Origin: Candidatus Rariloculaceae bacterium
Lineage (GTDB): Bacteria; Pseudomonadota; Gammaproteobacteria; Steroidobacterales; Rariloculaceae
Assembly: GCA_965223375.1 (NCBI GenBank)
Contig: OZ245000.1
Location: 275,062-339,061, forward strand
Reading direction: 5' to 3'
DNA length: 64,000 nucleotides
The first letter of the stretch is position 1; the number at the start of each line of letters is the position of its first letter. Made by a program: the position numbers and the translations under genes. This document shows positions 50,062 through 59,690 of this stretch, in pieces. The notes under the pieces are model-generated. The model was given only the letters and a program-made list of their open reading frames with translations. It searched no databases and was not told where the DNA came from.

Positions 50062-50985
50062 GTGAGCAGCGACTTCGACATCATCGTGGCCGGCAGCGGC
50101 GTCGCGGGCCTCAGCGCCGCGCTGACGGCCGCCCGGGCCGGCCAGCGAGTCCTCGTGATGACCGGCGATACGCTCGGCGGGCACCTGCTAAGCATCGAAA
50201 AAATAGACGGCTGCCCCGGCTTCCCGGAAGGCGCGGCCGGCTACGACTACTGCCCCTCGATACAGGAACAGGCGGCCGAGGCTGGCGCCGAGTTCGCAAT
50301 GGAAGCAGTCGAATCGCTGAGTCCGGTTGGGGATTCCTGGCGAGTCACCGGGGCGGCCGGCGAGCGGCACAGCCGCGCCGTGATCGTCGCAACCGGGACG
50401 CGGCTTCGCTCGCTAGGCGTTCCCGGTGAAGACCTGCTGCGCGGCAAGGGCGTCAGCCAGTGTGCGAGCTGCGACGCGCCGCTGATGCGCGGGCAGACCG
50501 TCGCAGTGGCCGGTGGCGGCGACTCCGCGATGCAGGAAGCGCTGACACTGGCCGAGCACTGCGGTCGTGTCATCGTCGTCCATCACGGCGACCGGCTCGT
50601 CGGTCAGGCGGCATATGTGGCGCAGGTATCCGAGCACGGGCGCATCGACCTGCAACCCGACTCGGAAATCGTCGAGATCGTCGGCGCCGAGTCGGTAACC
50701 GGCGTACGAATTCGCGAACTAGGCTCCGGAAATACCTCAGAGCAGGACTGCACTGGCGTCTTCGTTTTCGTCGGCCTCGACCCGACCAGTGCCATCGTTC
50801 CCGACGCAGCGCGCGATGCACACGGCTACGTGAGCACCGATGCGCGCTTCAGAACGAGCCTGCCCGGCCTTCTCGCAGCCGGCACCGTCCGCGCGGGTGC
50901 CAGCGTTCGGGCGGCTTCGGCGGCCGGCGAAGGCGCCAGCGCCGCGATCAGCGCCGACGCGTTTCTGCGCGGCGATTCTTGGTAG
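50062..50985 (+). CDS. Thioredoxin reductase-like FAD/NAD(P)H disulfide oxidoreductase
   Basis: GSGVAGL, IVATG, GVSQCASCD (CxxC), GGGDSA; GTG start after GGAG. The 867-aa ORF in the track is over-extended. Confidence 0.88.
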   Translation: MSSDFDIIVAGSGVAGLSAALTAARAGQRVLVMTGDTLGGHLLSIEKIDGCPGFPEGAAGYDYCPSIQEQAAEAGAEFAMEAVESLSPVGDSWRVTGAAGERHSRAVIVATGTRLRSLGVPGEDLLRGKGVSQCASCDAPLMRGQTVAVAGGGDSAMQEALTLAEHCGRVIVVHHGDRLVGQAAYVAQVSEHGRIDLQPDSEIVEIVGAESVTGVRIRELGSGNTSEQDCTGVFVFVGLDPTSAIVPDAARDAHGYVSTDARFRTSLPGLLAAGTVRAGASVRAASAAGEGASAAISADAFLRGDSW

Positions 50986-51160
50986 CCGACGGCACCTTCC
51001 GCCCTCGCCGTCACTTTGAGGCTCTCGCTCGCGGCTGCGCCCTCGAGTCACGCACCCAGCGCGGACACCGCCGCCGGCATTCCCCGGCACCCACGCACAG
51101 CGTTCCCGAGTTGCGGCGCGGGCCGTTACAATCCTATCTTCCGATATATCTCAGGGCATC

Positions 51161-52795
51161 ATGAGCAAGAAACTCACCGTCCATGACCCACGCGGCTATC
51201 CGCCACAGGTAACCGGCAAGCGTCTTGCGCCGCGCCTCGACAGACTCGACGGCAAGACTGTCTATCTGGTCGATTGCCTGTTCGACAACTCCGAAGTGTT
51301 CATGAACGAGCTGCAGCGCTGGTTCGCCGAGCACCTGCCGGGCGTCGTGACCCGCGCCATCAAGCCGCGCGAGAGCTGGGTCGACGACCCGGAGATGCGC
51401 GCCGCGATCGAACGCGACGGCGATGCGGCGATACTCGGGGTAGGACTCTGAAGCACCTGTAGCCCGACGGTCGTCGGGCTCGCGATGTCCCTCGAAGAGG
51501 GGGGCATTCCGACAGTCGCCGTGCACACGCACGTATTCTCGCGGCTGGTACGATCCGTTGCGCGTGCAAACGGCATGCCGACTACCCGGCAGGCATTCGT
51601 TCCCCAGCCCATCGTGGACCGCAGCGCCGCGCAACTGCGTGACTACATCCTCGGCGACGACCCCATCTCGCGGCGGCCTTTCATGCAGGAGGTCGTCGAA
51701 GGGCTGACCAGGCCTCTTGACGAGAACGACATCAAGGGCCTCACCTTCGAACGCTCGACACCGCGCTTCGTCGCAGCCGACACGGAAGAGAATCTGCATG
51801 CGCTGTTCGAGGACCAGCTGTGGACGGACCACCTGCCCATCGTGCTACCGACCGAGGAACGGGTAGAGCGAATGCTGGCCGGCACCAGCCAGCCGGCGGA
51901 CACGGTCGTCGGGAAGCTCAGGCCGACGATGTTTCGCGAGTACTGGGAGTTCACGGTAGAAAAGGCGGCGGTGAATGCCGTCATGGCCGGGGCGAAACCG
52001 GAGTACTTCCCGGTCATCCTGGCCTTGCTCGCGACCGGACAGACGGCTCGCTCGAGCAGCACGAACTCGTTCGCGACGTTCTCGGTCGTCAACGGCCCGA
52101 TCCGCACCGAGATCGGCATGGGCGACGGCATCGGCGCGCTCGGCCCGTACAACCATGCCAACGCTACCATCGGCCGCGCTTTCAATCTGGCGTCGGTCAA
52201 TCTGCAGGGCGGCTCGGTGCCTGGCGACACCTACATGGGCACGCTGGGCAACTGGTACAACTACAGCGCTACGTTCGCCGAAGCCGAGGAGCGGAGTCCC
52301 TGGGCACCGTTCCACGTTCAGCACGGGTATGGCGCCGAAGACAGCACGGCCAGCGTCTTTTTCGGTGGCTGGTATACGCAGGCGGGTTATGGGCCACGTG
52401 ACACCTGGCAGGAGAAATTCCGCCACTCGTTCGCGGCCGCCGAACATTATCTCCCCCCGGTCATCGTGATGGACCCGATCGCCGCGCGAGGCTTCGTCGA
52501 ACTCGGGTTCGACACGAAGGAAAATCTGATCGATTGGTGTGCACGCAATGCGCGCGTTCCCGCGCGGGAATACTGGGACAACCAGTGGGTGCAGACACTC
52601 CTTCATCCGCACGCGGTTGCGGGCGTCGAGCCGTACGCCTCGCGTCTGCGTGCAGCGCCCGACGAGTTGATCGAGATCTATACGCCGGAGCAGATCAAGA
52701 TCATCGTCGCGGGCGGCGAGACCCAGGGCGCCTGGAAGATGTTCGGCGGCAATTACGGGCCGGCCAGCACCATGTCGGTCGACGCTTGGCGCTGA
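51161..52795 (+). CDS. UGSC-family selenoprotein, 544 aa, Sec at UGA 51449-51451 (UxxC motif USTC)
   Basis: Track ORFs 51161-51451 and 51485-52795 are in frame; read-through gives ILGVGL-U-STCSPTVVGLAMSLEEGGIPTV; SECIS-like hairpin follows; Sec machinery is adjacent. Confidence 0.85.
51461..51480 (+). promoter_or_regulatory. Putative bacterial SECIS element
   Basis: Perfect stem AGCCCGAC-GGTC-GTCGGGCT after a 9-nt spacer 3' of the UGA, with G at the start of the loop. Confidence 0.7.
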
Positions 52796-52933
52796 ACAGG
52801 ACTGGCGCCAAACAGGATTGGCGCCGAATGAGCCTGACCGCGGTCCCGGAGCGCTGTTCCCCGCGCTGCCCGGCTCTGCTCGGCGGCAGTCGCCTTACAA
52901 TGCCGGTTCGATTCTGATCACCGGGATGTCCGA

Positions 52934-53764
52934 ATGAGCGAAAACAACGATACCGTCGCCTGGTCGAAGCGCGACGGGATAGCCTGGGTGCGGTTTAACC
53001 GGCCCGAGAAGCGCAACTGCATGAGCCCGACACTGAACCGACGCATGCTGGAAGTGCTCGACGAGCTCGAGTTCGATGACGAGGTCCGTGTCCTCGTGTT
53101 GACCGGCGAAGGCTCTGCCTGGTCGGCCGGCATGGATCTGAAAGAGTACTTTCGGGAGACCGAGGCGAAAGGCCTGGGCGCGGTCAGGCAATCACAACGT
53201 GAGGCCTACGGCTGGTGGCGGCGGCTTCGCTGGTATCAGAAGCCGACCATCGCGATGGTCAACGGCTGGTGCTTCGGTGGCGGCTACGGACCGCTCTTCG
53301 CCTGCGACCTGGCTTTCGCCGCAGATGAGGCGAACTTCGGCCTGAGTGAAATCAACTGGGGCATCCTGCCGGGCGGGGGTGCCACCAAAGTCGCGTCCGA
53401 GCTGCTCAACTTCCGGCGCGCGATGTATCACGCGCTGACCGGCGAGAACATCGATGGCCGAAAGGCCGCCGAATGGGGCCTCGTCAACGAGTCACACCCA
53501 CTCGCGGAGCTCGAGGCGCGGGTCGTCGAAGTGGCCAATATTCTGAAAGAAAAGAATCCTGTGGCGCTGAAGGCCACCAAGGACGCAATGCGTCGGGTCA
53601 GGGAGATGACCTACGAAAACGCGGAGGACTTTCTCGTCCGCGCCCAGGAGGCGGCCAATAGCTTCGATAACGAGGGGCGCAAGGAGGGAATCCGCCAGTT
53701 CATCGACGACAAGTCCTACAAGCCCGGCCTGGGGTCCTACGAGGTAGAGCGAAACCGCGACTGA
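52934..53764 (+). CDS. p-hydroxycinnamoyl-CoA hydratase/lyase (crotonase family)
   Basis: NRPEKRNCMSPTLN, AGMDLKEYFRE, GWCFGGG, LSEINWGILPGG, KSYKPGL. Confidence 0.88.
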   Translation: MSENNDTVAWSKRDGIAWVRFNRPEKRNCMSPTLNRRMLEVLDELEFDDEVRVLVLTGEGSAWSAGMDLKEYFRETEAKGLGAVRQSQREAYGWWRRLRWYQKPTIAMVNGWCFGGGYGPLFACDLAFAADEANFGLSEINWGILPGGGATKVASELLNFRRAMYHALTGENIDGRKAAEWGLVNESHPLAELEARVVEVANILKEKNPVALKATKDAMRRVREMTYENAEDFLVRAQEAANSFDNEGRKEGIRQFIDDKSYKPGLGSYEVERNRD

Positions 53765-53841
53765 CGCTGTAATAACTGCGCACGCCATGGGGTCCAGTTT
53801 CCGTGTAACTCAATCATCACACAGGTTCTGGAGGTTTCAAG

Positions 53842-54150
53842 ATGTCCGATTACAGCTCGATTCGCAGAAAGCTGGTATCCACCGGCGTTGCAGCCGCGGT
53901 AGGCCTTGCGGCAGCCGGCACCGTGAGCGTTGCCTCGGCGCAGGACGCCGAGGGTATGGAGAAATGTTACGGTGTGTCGCTCGCGGGCAAGAACGATTGC
54001 GCTGCCGGGCCCGGCACCAGCTGTGCCGGCACGTCGACGATCGACTATCAGTCGAATGCCTGGAAGCTCGTGCCTGCCGGTACCTGCGAGTCCATCGAGA
54101 CGCCGCATGGCAACGGTTCGCTCGAGTCGTCCGACGCGCGCCTGCCCTGA
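53842..54150 (+). CDS. DUF2282 / BufA1-type bufferin precursor peptide
   Basis: Signal peptide, then [36 protein letters not shown] (4 Cys). Confidence 0.88.
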   Translation: MSDYSSIRRKLVSTGVAAAVGLAAAGTVSVASAQDAEGMEKCYGVSLAGKNDCAAGPGTSCAGTSTIDYQSNAWKLVPAGTCESIETPHGNGSLESSDARLP

Positions 54151-54167
54151 AGTAGCCCGACCGGGGC

Positions 54168-55148
54168 GTGCCAGTGCCCGGCCAGCCTTCCGAAAATAGC
54201 GAAGCTGAGAGCCCGGTGCCGATCGAAGTCGGCATCGGGCTGAAGCCCGCACATTACGCCGATGTTCTCTCGGGCGACCCTGCGCTCGGCTTCCTGGAAG
54301 TCCATACGGAAAACTACATGGGCCGCGGCGGCCCCCCGCACCGGTACCTGGAGCGGCTCGCCGAACGTTATCCGCTCTCGTTTCACGGCGTGGGGCTCTC
54401 GCTCGGGGGCAGCGAGCGGCTCGACGCCGGGCATCTTCGAAACTGGCGAGCGCTGGTCGATCGGTACTCGCCAGCGCTGATTTCGGAACACGTCGCGTGG
54501 TCGTCGTTCGGCGGCACGGCATTTCACGACTTGCTGCCACTGCCCTACACGCGTGAGGCCCTCGACGCGCTGTGCCGAAATATCGACCAGATGCAGGAGG
54601 CACTCTGTCGACGCATCCTGATCGAGAACCCCTCCCGCTATCTGGATTTCGTCGGTTCCGATATGCCGGAGCCCGATTTTCTGGTGGCGGCTGCGACCAG
54701 GACCGGCTGTGGCTTGCTGCTCGACATCAACAATGTCTACGTGAGCACCCGCAATCAGGGTGAGGACGCTCGCGATTGGCTCGCTGCCGTTCCGATCGAC
54801 CTCGTCGGTGAAATCCACCTGGCCGGACATACTGTCGAACAGACGGCTGACGGGGAGGTGCTGATCGACGATCACGGCTCGGCCGTCGCGGCGGACGTAT
54901 GGACGCTCTACGCCGAAACGATCGCTCGTTGCCGCGACTGCCCGACGCTGATCGAGTGGGATACGAATGTGCCAGCGCTCGAAACGCTGCTATGTGAAGC
55001 GTCCCGGGCCCGTGAGATTTCGGAGCAGCCGGCCGCCCGTCGGGAGAATTCCAAGCCGCGGCCGGAGCGCCGGCGCCCTCGCGATCCGGACGCCGTCGAT
55101 GCGGTCACCGAACACCGCCGAGCCGAGGCAGATGCCAGCGCTCTCTGA
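54168..55148 (+). CDS. DUF692 multinuclear non-heme iron oxidase (MNIO, BufB-type)
   Basis: EVHTENY, HGVGLSLG, SEH, DLLPLPY, IENP, LLDINN, EIHLAGH, IDDHG, IEWD. Start uncertain. Confidence 0.92.
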   Translation: MPVPGQPSENSEAESPVPIEVGIGLKPAHYADVLSGDPALGFLEVHTENYMGRGGPPHRYLERLAERYPLSFHGVGLSLGGSERLDAGHLRNWRALVDRYSPALISEHVAWSSFGGTAFHDLLPLPYTREALDALCRNIDQMQEALCRRILIENPSRYLDFVGSDMPEPDFLVAAATRTGCGLLLDINNVYVSTRNQGEDARDWLAAVPIDLVGEIHLAGHTVEQTADGEVLIDDHGSAVAADVWTLYAETIARCRDCPTLIEWDTNVPALETLLCEASRAREISEQPAARRENSKPRPERRRPRDPDAVDAVTEHRRAEADASAL

Positions 55149-55920
55149 CTACCAGGCGGAGATGGCCGCCTTTCTGACCGCCGCCCCGGGATCCCCGGTC
55201 TCGGAGCGGCTTGTGACCGCAAGCGCCGGAGCCGCCAGCACAGCACAAACGCGCCTCGCCATTTATCGGAATAACGTCTATTCGCGGCTGATCGAGGCGC
55301 TGGAAGCGACCTACCCGGCCGTTGCCAGGCTGACCGGCCGGGACTTCTTTCGCTTCGCAGCGCTGCAGTTCGCTCTCGCGCATCCGTCACGCAATCCGAG
55401 CCTGATCGAATACGGTCAGGGTTTCGCCGACTTTCTCGAGCATTTCGAGCCGGCCGCAACGCTGACGTATCTGCCGGACGTCGCGCGGCTCGAGATGTTC
55501 TGGCTCGAGGCGTATCACTCCCCGGATGTGGCACCGCTGACACCGGCCGACGCGCTCTCCGCCGGAGCGGAATACCTTGCACTGCATCCATCAGCCAAGC
55601 TGCTGCACTCTGCGCATGCGGCCTCGCGAATCTGGGAAGTCAATGTGGGCGACCAGCAGATCGACGGTCCGATCAAGCTGCCGCCCGGACCGGAGCACCT
55701 ACTGATTGTCCGCCCCGAAGCCACGGTCGAAGTCCGGCGGCTGGCACGGGGCGCCTGGCACTATCTCCGGGCGCTGAACCGCGGTGCAAGCCGCGCTGAT
55801 GCTGCGGCAGCAGCGCGGGCGACCGACCCCGGAATCGATATCGACGCACACGAAGCCGGCCTTGCTGCCGGCGGCACGTTCGTAGCCACGAGCGGCCCGA
55901 CCGAGGACATCGACACATGA
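55132..55920 (+). CDS. DUF2063 MNIO partner protein (BufC-type)
   Basis: [28 protein letters not shown]. Confidence 0.85.
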   Translation: MPALSDYQAEMAAFLTAAPGSPVSERLVTASAGAASTAQTRLAIYRNNVYSRLIEALEATYPAVARLTGRDFFRFAALQFALAHPSRNPSLIEYGQGFADFLEHFEPAATLTYLPDVARLEMFWLEAYHSPDVAPLTPADALSAGAEYLALHPSAKLLHSAHAASRIWEVNVGDQQIDGPIKLPPGPEHLLIVRPEATVEVRRLARGAWHYLRALNRGASRADAAAAARATDPGIDIDAHEAGLAAGGTFVATSGPTEDIDT

Positions 55921-56435
55921 ATACTGCAAGCGCAAAGACCCTTGTCACCACGAGCCTGGCCGAGCCTGCCGATGACGCGGCTCACGGCACCGAAACGGGC
56001 GCCATTGCAATAGTGCACCGGGTTATCCGGTGGCTCGAGTCCGTCTCTGTAGAAACGGTTGTCTCGACACCGGCACGAATTTTCGTGGCCGTCACGTTCT
56101 GGCTCTCGGGAAGAACCAAGGTAGACGGGCTGCTGTCGGTCAGTGACAGCACCTTCTTCCTGTTTCAATACGAATACAGCCTGCCGCTGCTGCCGCACCG
56201 GTTTGCTGCCCACGTGGCAACGTACGCAGAGCACCTGTTCCCGGTGCTGTTGATCCTCGGGCTCGCCTCGCGCTTAAGCGCCGCGTCCCTGCTTCTGATG
56301 ACAGCCGTAATTCAGTTCTTCGTCTATCCCAATGCCTGGGCCACGCACCTCGGCTGGGCAGCCGCGCTTGCCTTCATTCTGTTCCGCGGGCCGGGCGCCT
56401 TGTCGCTCGACAGCCTCATCCGCAAGCACTTCTGA
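55917..56435 (+). CDS. DoxX family membrane protein (BufD-type)
   Basis: [38 protein letters not shown]. Confidence 0.88.
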   Translation: MNTASAKTLVTTSLAEPADDAAHGTETGAIAIVHRVIRWLESVSVETVVSTPARIFVAVTFWLSGRTKVDGLLSVSDSTFFLFQYEYSLPLLPHRFAAHVATYAEHLFPVLLILGLASRLSAASLLLMTAVIQFFVYPNAWATHLGWAAALAFILFRGPGALSLDSLIRKHF

Positions 56436-56450
56436 CTTCGGAGACAGCGC

Positions 56451-56576
56451 GAGTTTGGGGACAGTGACCTTAACTCCCGCCTGAACGACGAATTCGGGGA
56501 CACCGAATTTGGGGACAGTGACCCAAACTCCCGCCTGATCGAGGGCGCCGTGAGTTTGGGGACAGTGACCCTAACC
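56451..56576. repeat. Cluster of GGGGACAG-cored hairpin repeats (REP-like)
   Basis: Three copies of GA(G/A)TTTGGGGACAGTGACC at 56451, 56505 and 56552, plus a GAATTCGGGGACACCGAATT mini-hairpin. Confidence 0.8.
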
Positions 56577-56685
56577 TTTGACCAATCGAAAGCGCCGGGC
56601 CGGCCAATCGGCCGACCCGACACGTTTCATCTGCAGTCCGAGCCGCCCGCCAAATCGAAGGGGAAGGCGGTCCTTACGCCTGCCG

Positions 56686-57318
56686 TCAGAGCGCGAAGCA
56701 GTAGAAGAGCCCGTCGCCACCAGTGCTGACCAGTGCCGGCTGACTGCAACCACGCGAGTCGTGCGCGGAGCCCCAGGCCGCGTAATCGTGGTGACCCACG
56801 CGTGCCTTGTCGTCGTCGCTATTGCTCGTCCAGTTGTTGCAGGTCATGTCCTCGCCGGCAGGATACGCCGTGCCGTCGGACTGCGTGCCGGTCAGGATGT
56901 CGTGGCGATTCGGTGCGTATCCGGATCCCGGAATCCGATTGCCGCGCTCATCGAGCCCCGTGAAGCCGCTCATCCGCTGCATCTCGCTGTGCAGGGCATC
57001 GACGTTCGCCGCAATCTGGGCGCCATTGGCGTTGAACCACGGGCCGTCCCCGATTCGGTCGCGCGCGTTGACGGCGTTGGCGCCCTGCGTGCTGAGATAA
57101 GCCCGCCACGTGCGATCGCCGTGACCGGCGGCCTCCGCCAGGTTCTGACAGATCGCGTCGGCACCCTCGAGCCCGCCGAGATTGCCGCCGTCACCGGAAC
57201 CGTTGCTCGTAATGAAGAACGACATTGGTCCCGTCGGTGGCTGCGTCTGCCCGAGACCCGCGATCAGCAGCGTGCAACTAGTAAGTCCCGTGAGTATCAG
57301 TGTTTTGCTTGTGCGCAT
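56686..57318 (-). CDS. Secreted endostatin/lectin-like domain protein
   Basis: Signal peptide; GNLGGLEGADAICQ, WRAYLS, HDILTG, CNNWTS, FYCFA. Confidence 0.7.
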   Translation of the reverse strand: MRTSKTLILTGLTSCTLLIAGLGQTQPPTGPMSFFITSNGSGDGGNLGGLEGADAICQNLAEAAGHGDRTWRAYLSTQGANAVNARDRIGDGPWFNANGAQIAANVDALHSEMQRMSGFTGLDERGNRIPGSGYAPNRHDILTGTQSDGTAYPAGEDMTCNNWTSNSDDDKARVGHHDYAAWGSAHDSRGCSQPALVSTGGDGLFYCFAL

Positions 57319-57404
57319 TTGTTGTTTCCGCCCTGTTGTCGAACCATTCGGATACTAGAGGAATCGGCCACCGAGCGCATGCCCGGCGAGCCTGGTAGAA
57401 CCTG

Positions 57405-57450
57405 GCCCGGAAATCTCACCGATTCACGGGTGAGATTTCCCGGCTAGTCG
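57405..57450. repeat. 46-bp palindromic element, copy 1
   Basis: GGAAATCTCACC-GATTCACG-GGTGAGATTTCC; 45/46 identical to 61093-61138. Confidence 0.85.
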
Positions 57451-57872
57451 CGGTCGCCGTCCGGCGCTCCGGTCCGCGGAGAGCTCAGGAAGAGCTTCGA
57501 GCCGTCCGGCAGCGTGACGTCACGGCCGTTGGCGGCATTCGAGCCGTTCCGGTGACGGTAGCCGAAGACCACGACTTCCGTGCCGGGCGGAATCGAATCC
57601 CGGTTCATGCCTCGGCGGACGAGCGTGTTCGGGCTGCCTGCCTCGATCATCCAGCTTTCGACGCTGCCGCCCTCGCCCTCGCCCTCGACGTCCATGTGAA
57701 ACCACGCGTGCGGGTTGATCCACTCCACTCGTGTGATCGTACCGCGCAGCGTAATTGGCTGATTCGCGTCGAACTCGGCCGCAAACGCGTGGTGGGCTAC
57801 CGCAAAACGCACGCCGAGCAGCATTGCCGCACCCGCCAAAGCAATCGATCCCCGCCTGATTATCCCGTTCAT
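57444..57872 (-). CDS. DUF6152-type periplasmic OB-fold protein
   Basis: Signal peptide ending AVA-HH; EWINPH; W.IE.GSP. Confidence 0.75.
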   Translation of the reverse strand: MNGIIRRGSIALAGAAMLLGVRFAVAHHAFAAEFDANQPITLRGTITRVEWINPHAWFHMDVEGEGEGGSVESWMIEAGSPNTLVRRGMNRDSIPPGTEVVVFGYRHRNGSNAANGRDVTLPDGSKLFLSSPRTGAPDGDRD

Positions 57873-57906
57873 GGCCTGTTCTCCGTGTCTTGTCTAAAGC
57901 CGCAGG

Positions 57907-58887
57907 CTACTGATCGTCCTGCGCCCTGCGCTCTTCTTCACGGGCAGCCGACAGCAGCCCCCGCAAACCGTAGTTGCCCTCATGACAAGCGTACTCGACC
58001 AGCTCCCCTTCCTGCGGGTGCATGAAGAGCTCAATGGTCCACGGCGCGGTGAAGACCTCCGGGTCGTGCACGGTTGCCCGATAGCGAATCTGGTCCGGCC
58101 CCGTGCGCGTAAAGCGCTCGACGACGCTGAACTCGTCGCTCATTACGGAATTCAGCATCTGCACGCCGTAGAAGAATCGGTTCGTGTGCTGATTCAGGGT
58201 CTCGACGACGAGCGTATCGCCTTCCCACCGGCCGCGGGAATCACCCGCCCACTGCCGCACGCCCTCCGGGAAATGCGGCCGGCCGTCGATCGGGATGATC
58301 CGGACCTCGTGGTTGATTTCGGCCATGATCGTCACGTAATCCGGCGTCTGCACGATGTAGTAGTTGTTGTTGTAGGGCTCCGGCAGCAGTGGCGCCGCAC
58401 CGCCACCAAAGACGATGCAGCGCTCGGTCAGAAAACGATCTTCGGGCCGGTCGGCCGGGTGTTCCTGCGAATAGACCAGGTTGGCTTCGTGGCGCGCCTG
58501 CGCCGCGGGCGTAAATGGCGGTACGCGACCGTTTTCGGGCTCAACGATCAGCGACGTTCGGAGCGTCGGTACGAGACTGTTGCCGCGATCGAACCAGGCA
58601 TCGTTGTACGACCCTACCGAGCCCTCCTCGCCGATGCTCGCATCGGCATTCGAAGACTCGATTCGCTGGGCAATGTAATCGCGGGCCTCGTCCTCGGTGA
58701 AGAAGGCCTTGTCGCCGAGTTCGGCCGGGCGCTGGAATGGAGTCAGCGTCGCATTCGACCAGCTCCCCTGCAGGTCGGGATCACCCCACGGTGTGCGCGG
58801 CGCCTGCGCACCGGCGGCCATTGCGATGCCGAGCGCCATGACGCACAGCGGGAATCTGATCGCTCTCGAGCGGCGGACTGTGCTCAT
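57907..58887 (-). CDS. Secreted hypothetical protein
   Basis: PRTPWGDPDLQG, GDSRGRWEGDTLVVET, VERFTR, EYACHEGNY; paralog of the upstream gene. Confidence 0.75.
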   Translation of the reverse strand: MSTVRRSRAIRFPLCVMALGIAMAAGAQAPRTPWGDPDLQGSWSNATLTPFQRPAELGDKAFFTEDEARDYIAQRIESSNADASIGEEGSVGSYNDAWFDRGNSLVPTLRTSLIVEPENGRVPPFTPAAQARHEANLVYSQEHPADRPEDRFLTERCIVFGGGAAPLLPEPYNNNYYIVQTPDYVTIMAEINHEVRIIPIDGRPHFPEGVRQWAGDSRGRWEGDTLVVETLNQHTNRFFYGVQMLNSVMSDEFSVVERFTRTGPDQIRYRATVHDPEVFTAPWTIELFMHPQEGELVEYACHEGNYGLRGLLSAAREEERRAQDDQ

Positions 58888-59687
58888 TCGCCTGTCTCCT
58901 TGTAGAACTCGCCGTACAGAAGCTCCTCGGTGAACGGCACGCATTTGAACTCCATCAGATGGGCGTCCGGGTCGATGTGCCGATGCAGCGTGAAATGTAT
59001 GCGCCACGGCCGCGAGAAGGTCGCAGGATCTTCCAGCGTTGCCTCATAGGCGATCGTATTGCTGTCTATGAATGAATATCTTTCAGTAACTTGCAACTGA
59101 TAGCTCGTGTGATTTCCGGAGCGGTCCAGCCAGGCCTGCCCGTTGAAGCCCGAGACCTCGATGACCAGCGTATCGCCATCCCAGTCGGCATTCGAAACGC
59201 CCATCCAGCTGTCGATCGCCGACGGATAGTGCTCGTCCAGATTGATGATTCGGGCGGCCCCTGCGAACTGATAGGCGATCAGCATGCCGCTCTCGGAATG
59301 AAAGATCTGCAACGGGTATGGCATGTAGTTCGCACGTGGCACACCCGGCATGAAGCACTTCAGTTCGGGATCGTCCGTCCAGCGATTCTCGAAGTTGCGC
59401 TGCTGCTGCGCCGCCGCTGCCGGGAGGTACGGAATCTCGTCGCCGTCGACGATACCCGGACCCGGGGGCGTCGCGAGCAATGTGCCATAGGCAGCCGGTC
59501 CCGCGCTCGCACCGTGCGTCAGGATGTTCCAGTTCGCAGTCGTCAGCGATTGCCATACACCGCTGAAATCGGGCCTGCCGTTCGACAGGCGCGGCACTGC
59601 GCCTGCGCCCTGGCTCTGCACCGGCGGGACCTGCAAGGCGGCAATCGCAACCAGGCACACCGCAATGAGAGCTCGTTTGCTGTTCAT
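58884..59687 (-). CDS. Secreted hypothetical protein, same family as 57907-58887
   Basis: GRPDFSGVW, DPELKC, WDGDTLVIE, VTERY, EFKC; ATGA overlap. Confidence 0.75.
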   Translation of the reverse strand: MNSKRALIAVCLVAIAALQVPPVQSQGAGAVPRLSNGRPDFSGVWQSLTTANWNILTHGASAGPAAYGTLLATPPGPGIVDGDEIPYLPAAAAQQQRNFENRWTDDPELKCFMPGVPRANYMPYPLQIFHSESGMLIAYQFAGAARIINLDEHYPSAIDSWMGVSNADWDGDTLVIEVSGFNGQAWLDRSGNHTSYQLQVTERYSFIDSNTIAYEATLEDPATFSRPWRIHFTLHRHIDPDAHLMEFKCVPFTEELLYGEFYKETGE

Positions 59688-59690
59688 CCG

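Noticed and set aside
52795-52826. 16-bp tandem duplication/hairpin (AACAGGA[C/T]TGGCGCC) after the selenoprotein gene
   Set aside because: Only two copies and no U-tract, so no function can be assigned.
53842-54150. Selenocysteine-containing MNIO precursor
   Set aside because: All four Cys use TGT/TGC, and the terminal TGA follows a complete DUF2282 domain.
56451-56576. Mini CRISPR array
   Set aside because: Spacers are only about 20 and 13 bp, one is itself repeat-derived, and there are no cas genes or leader.
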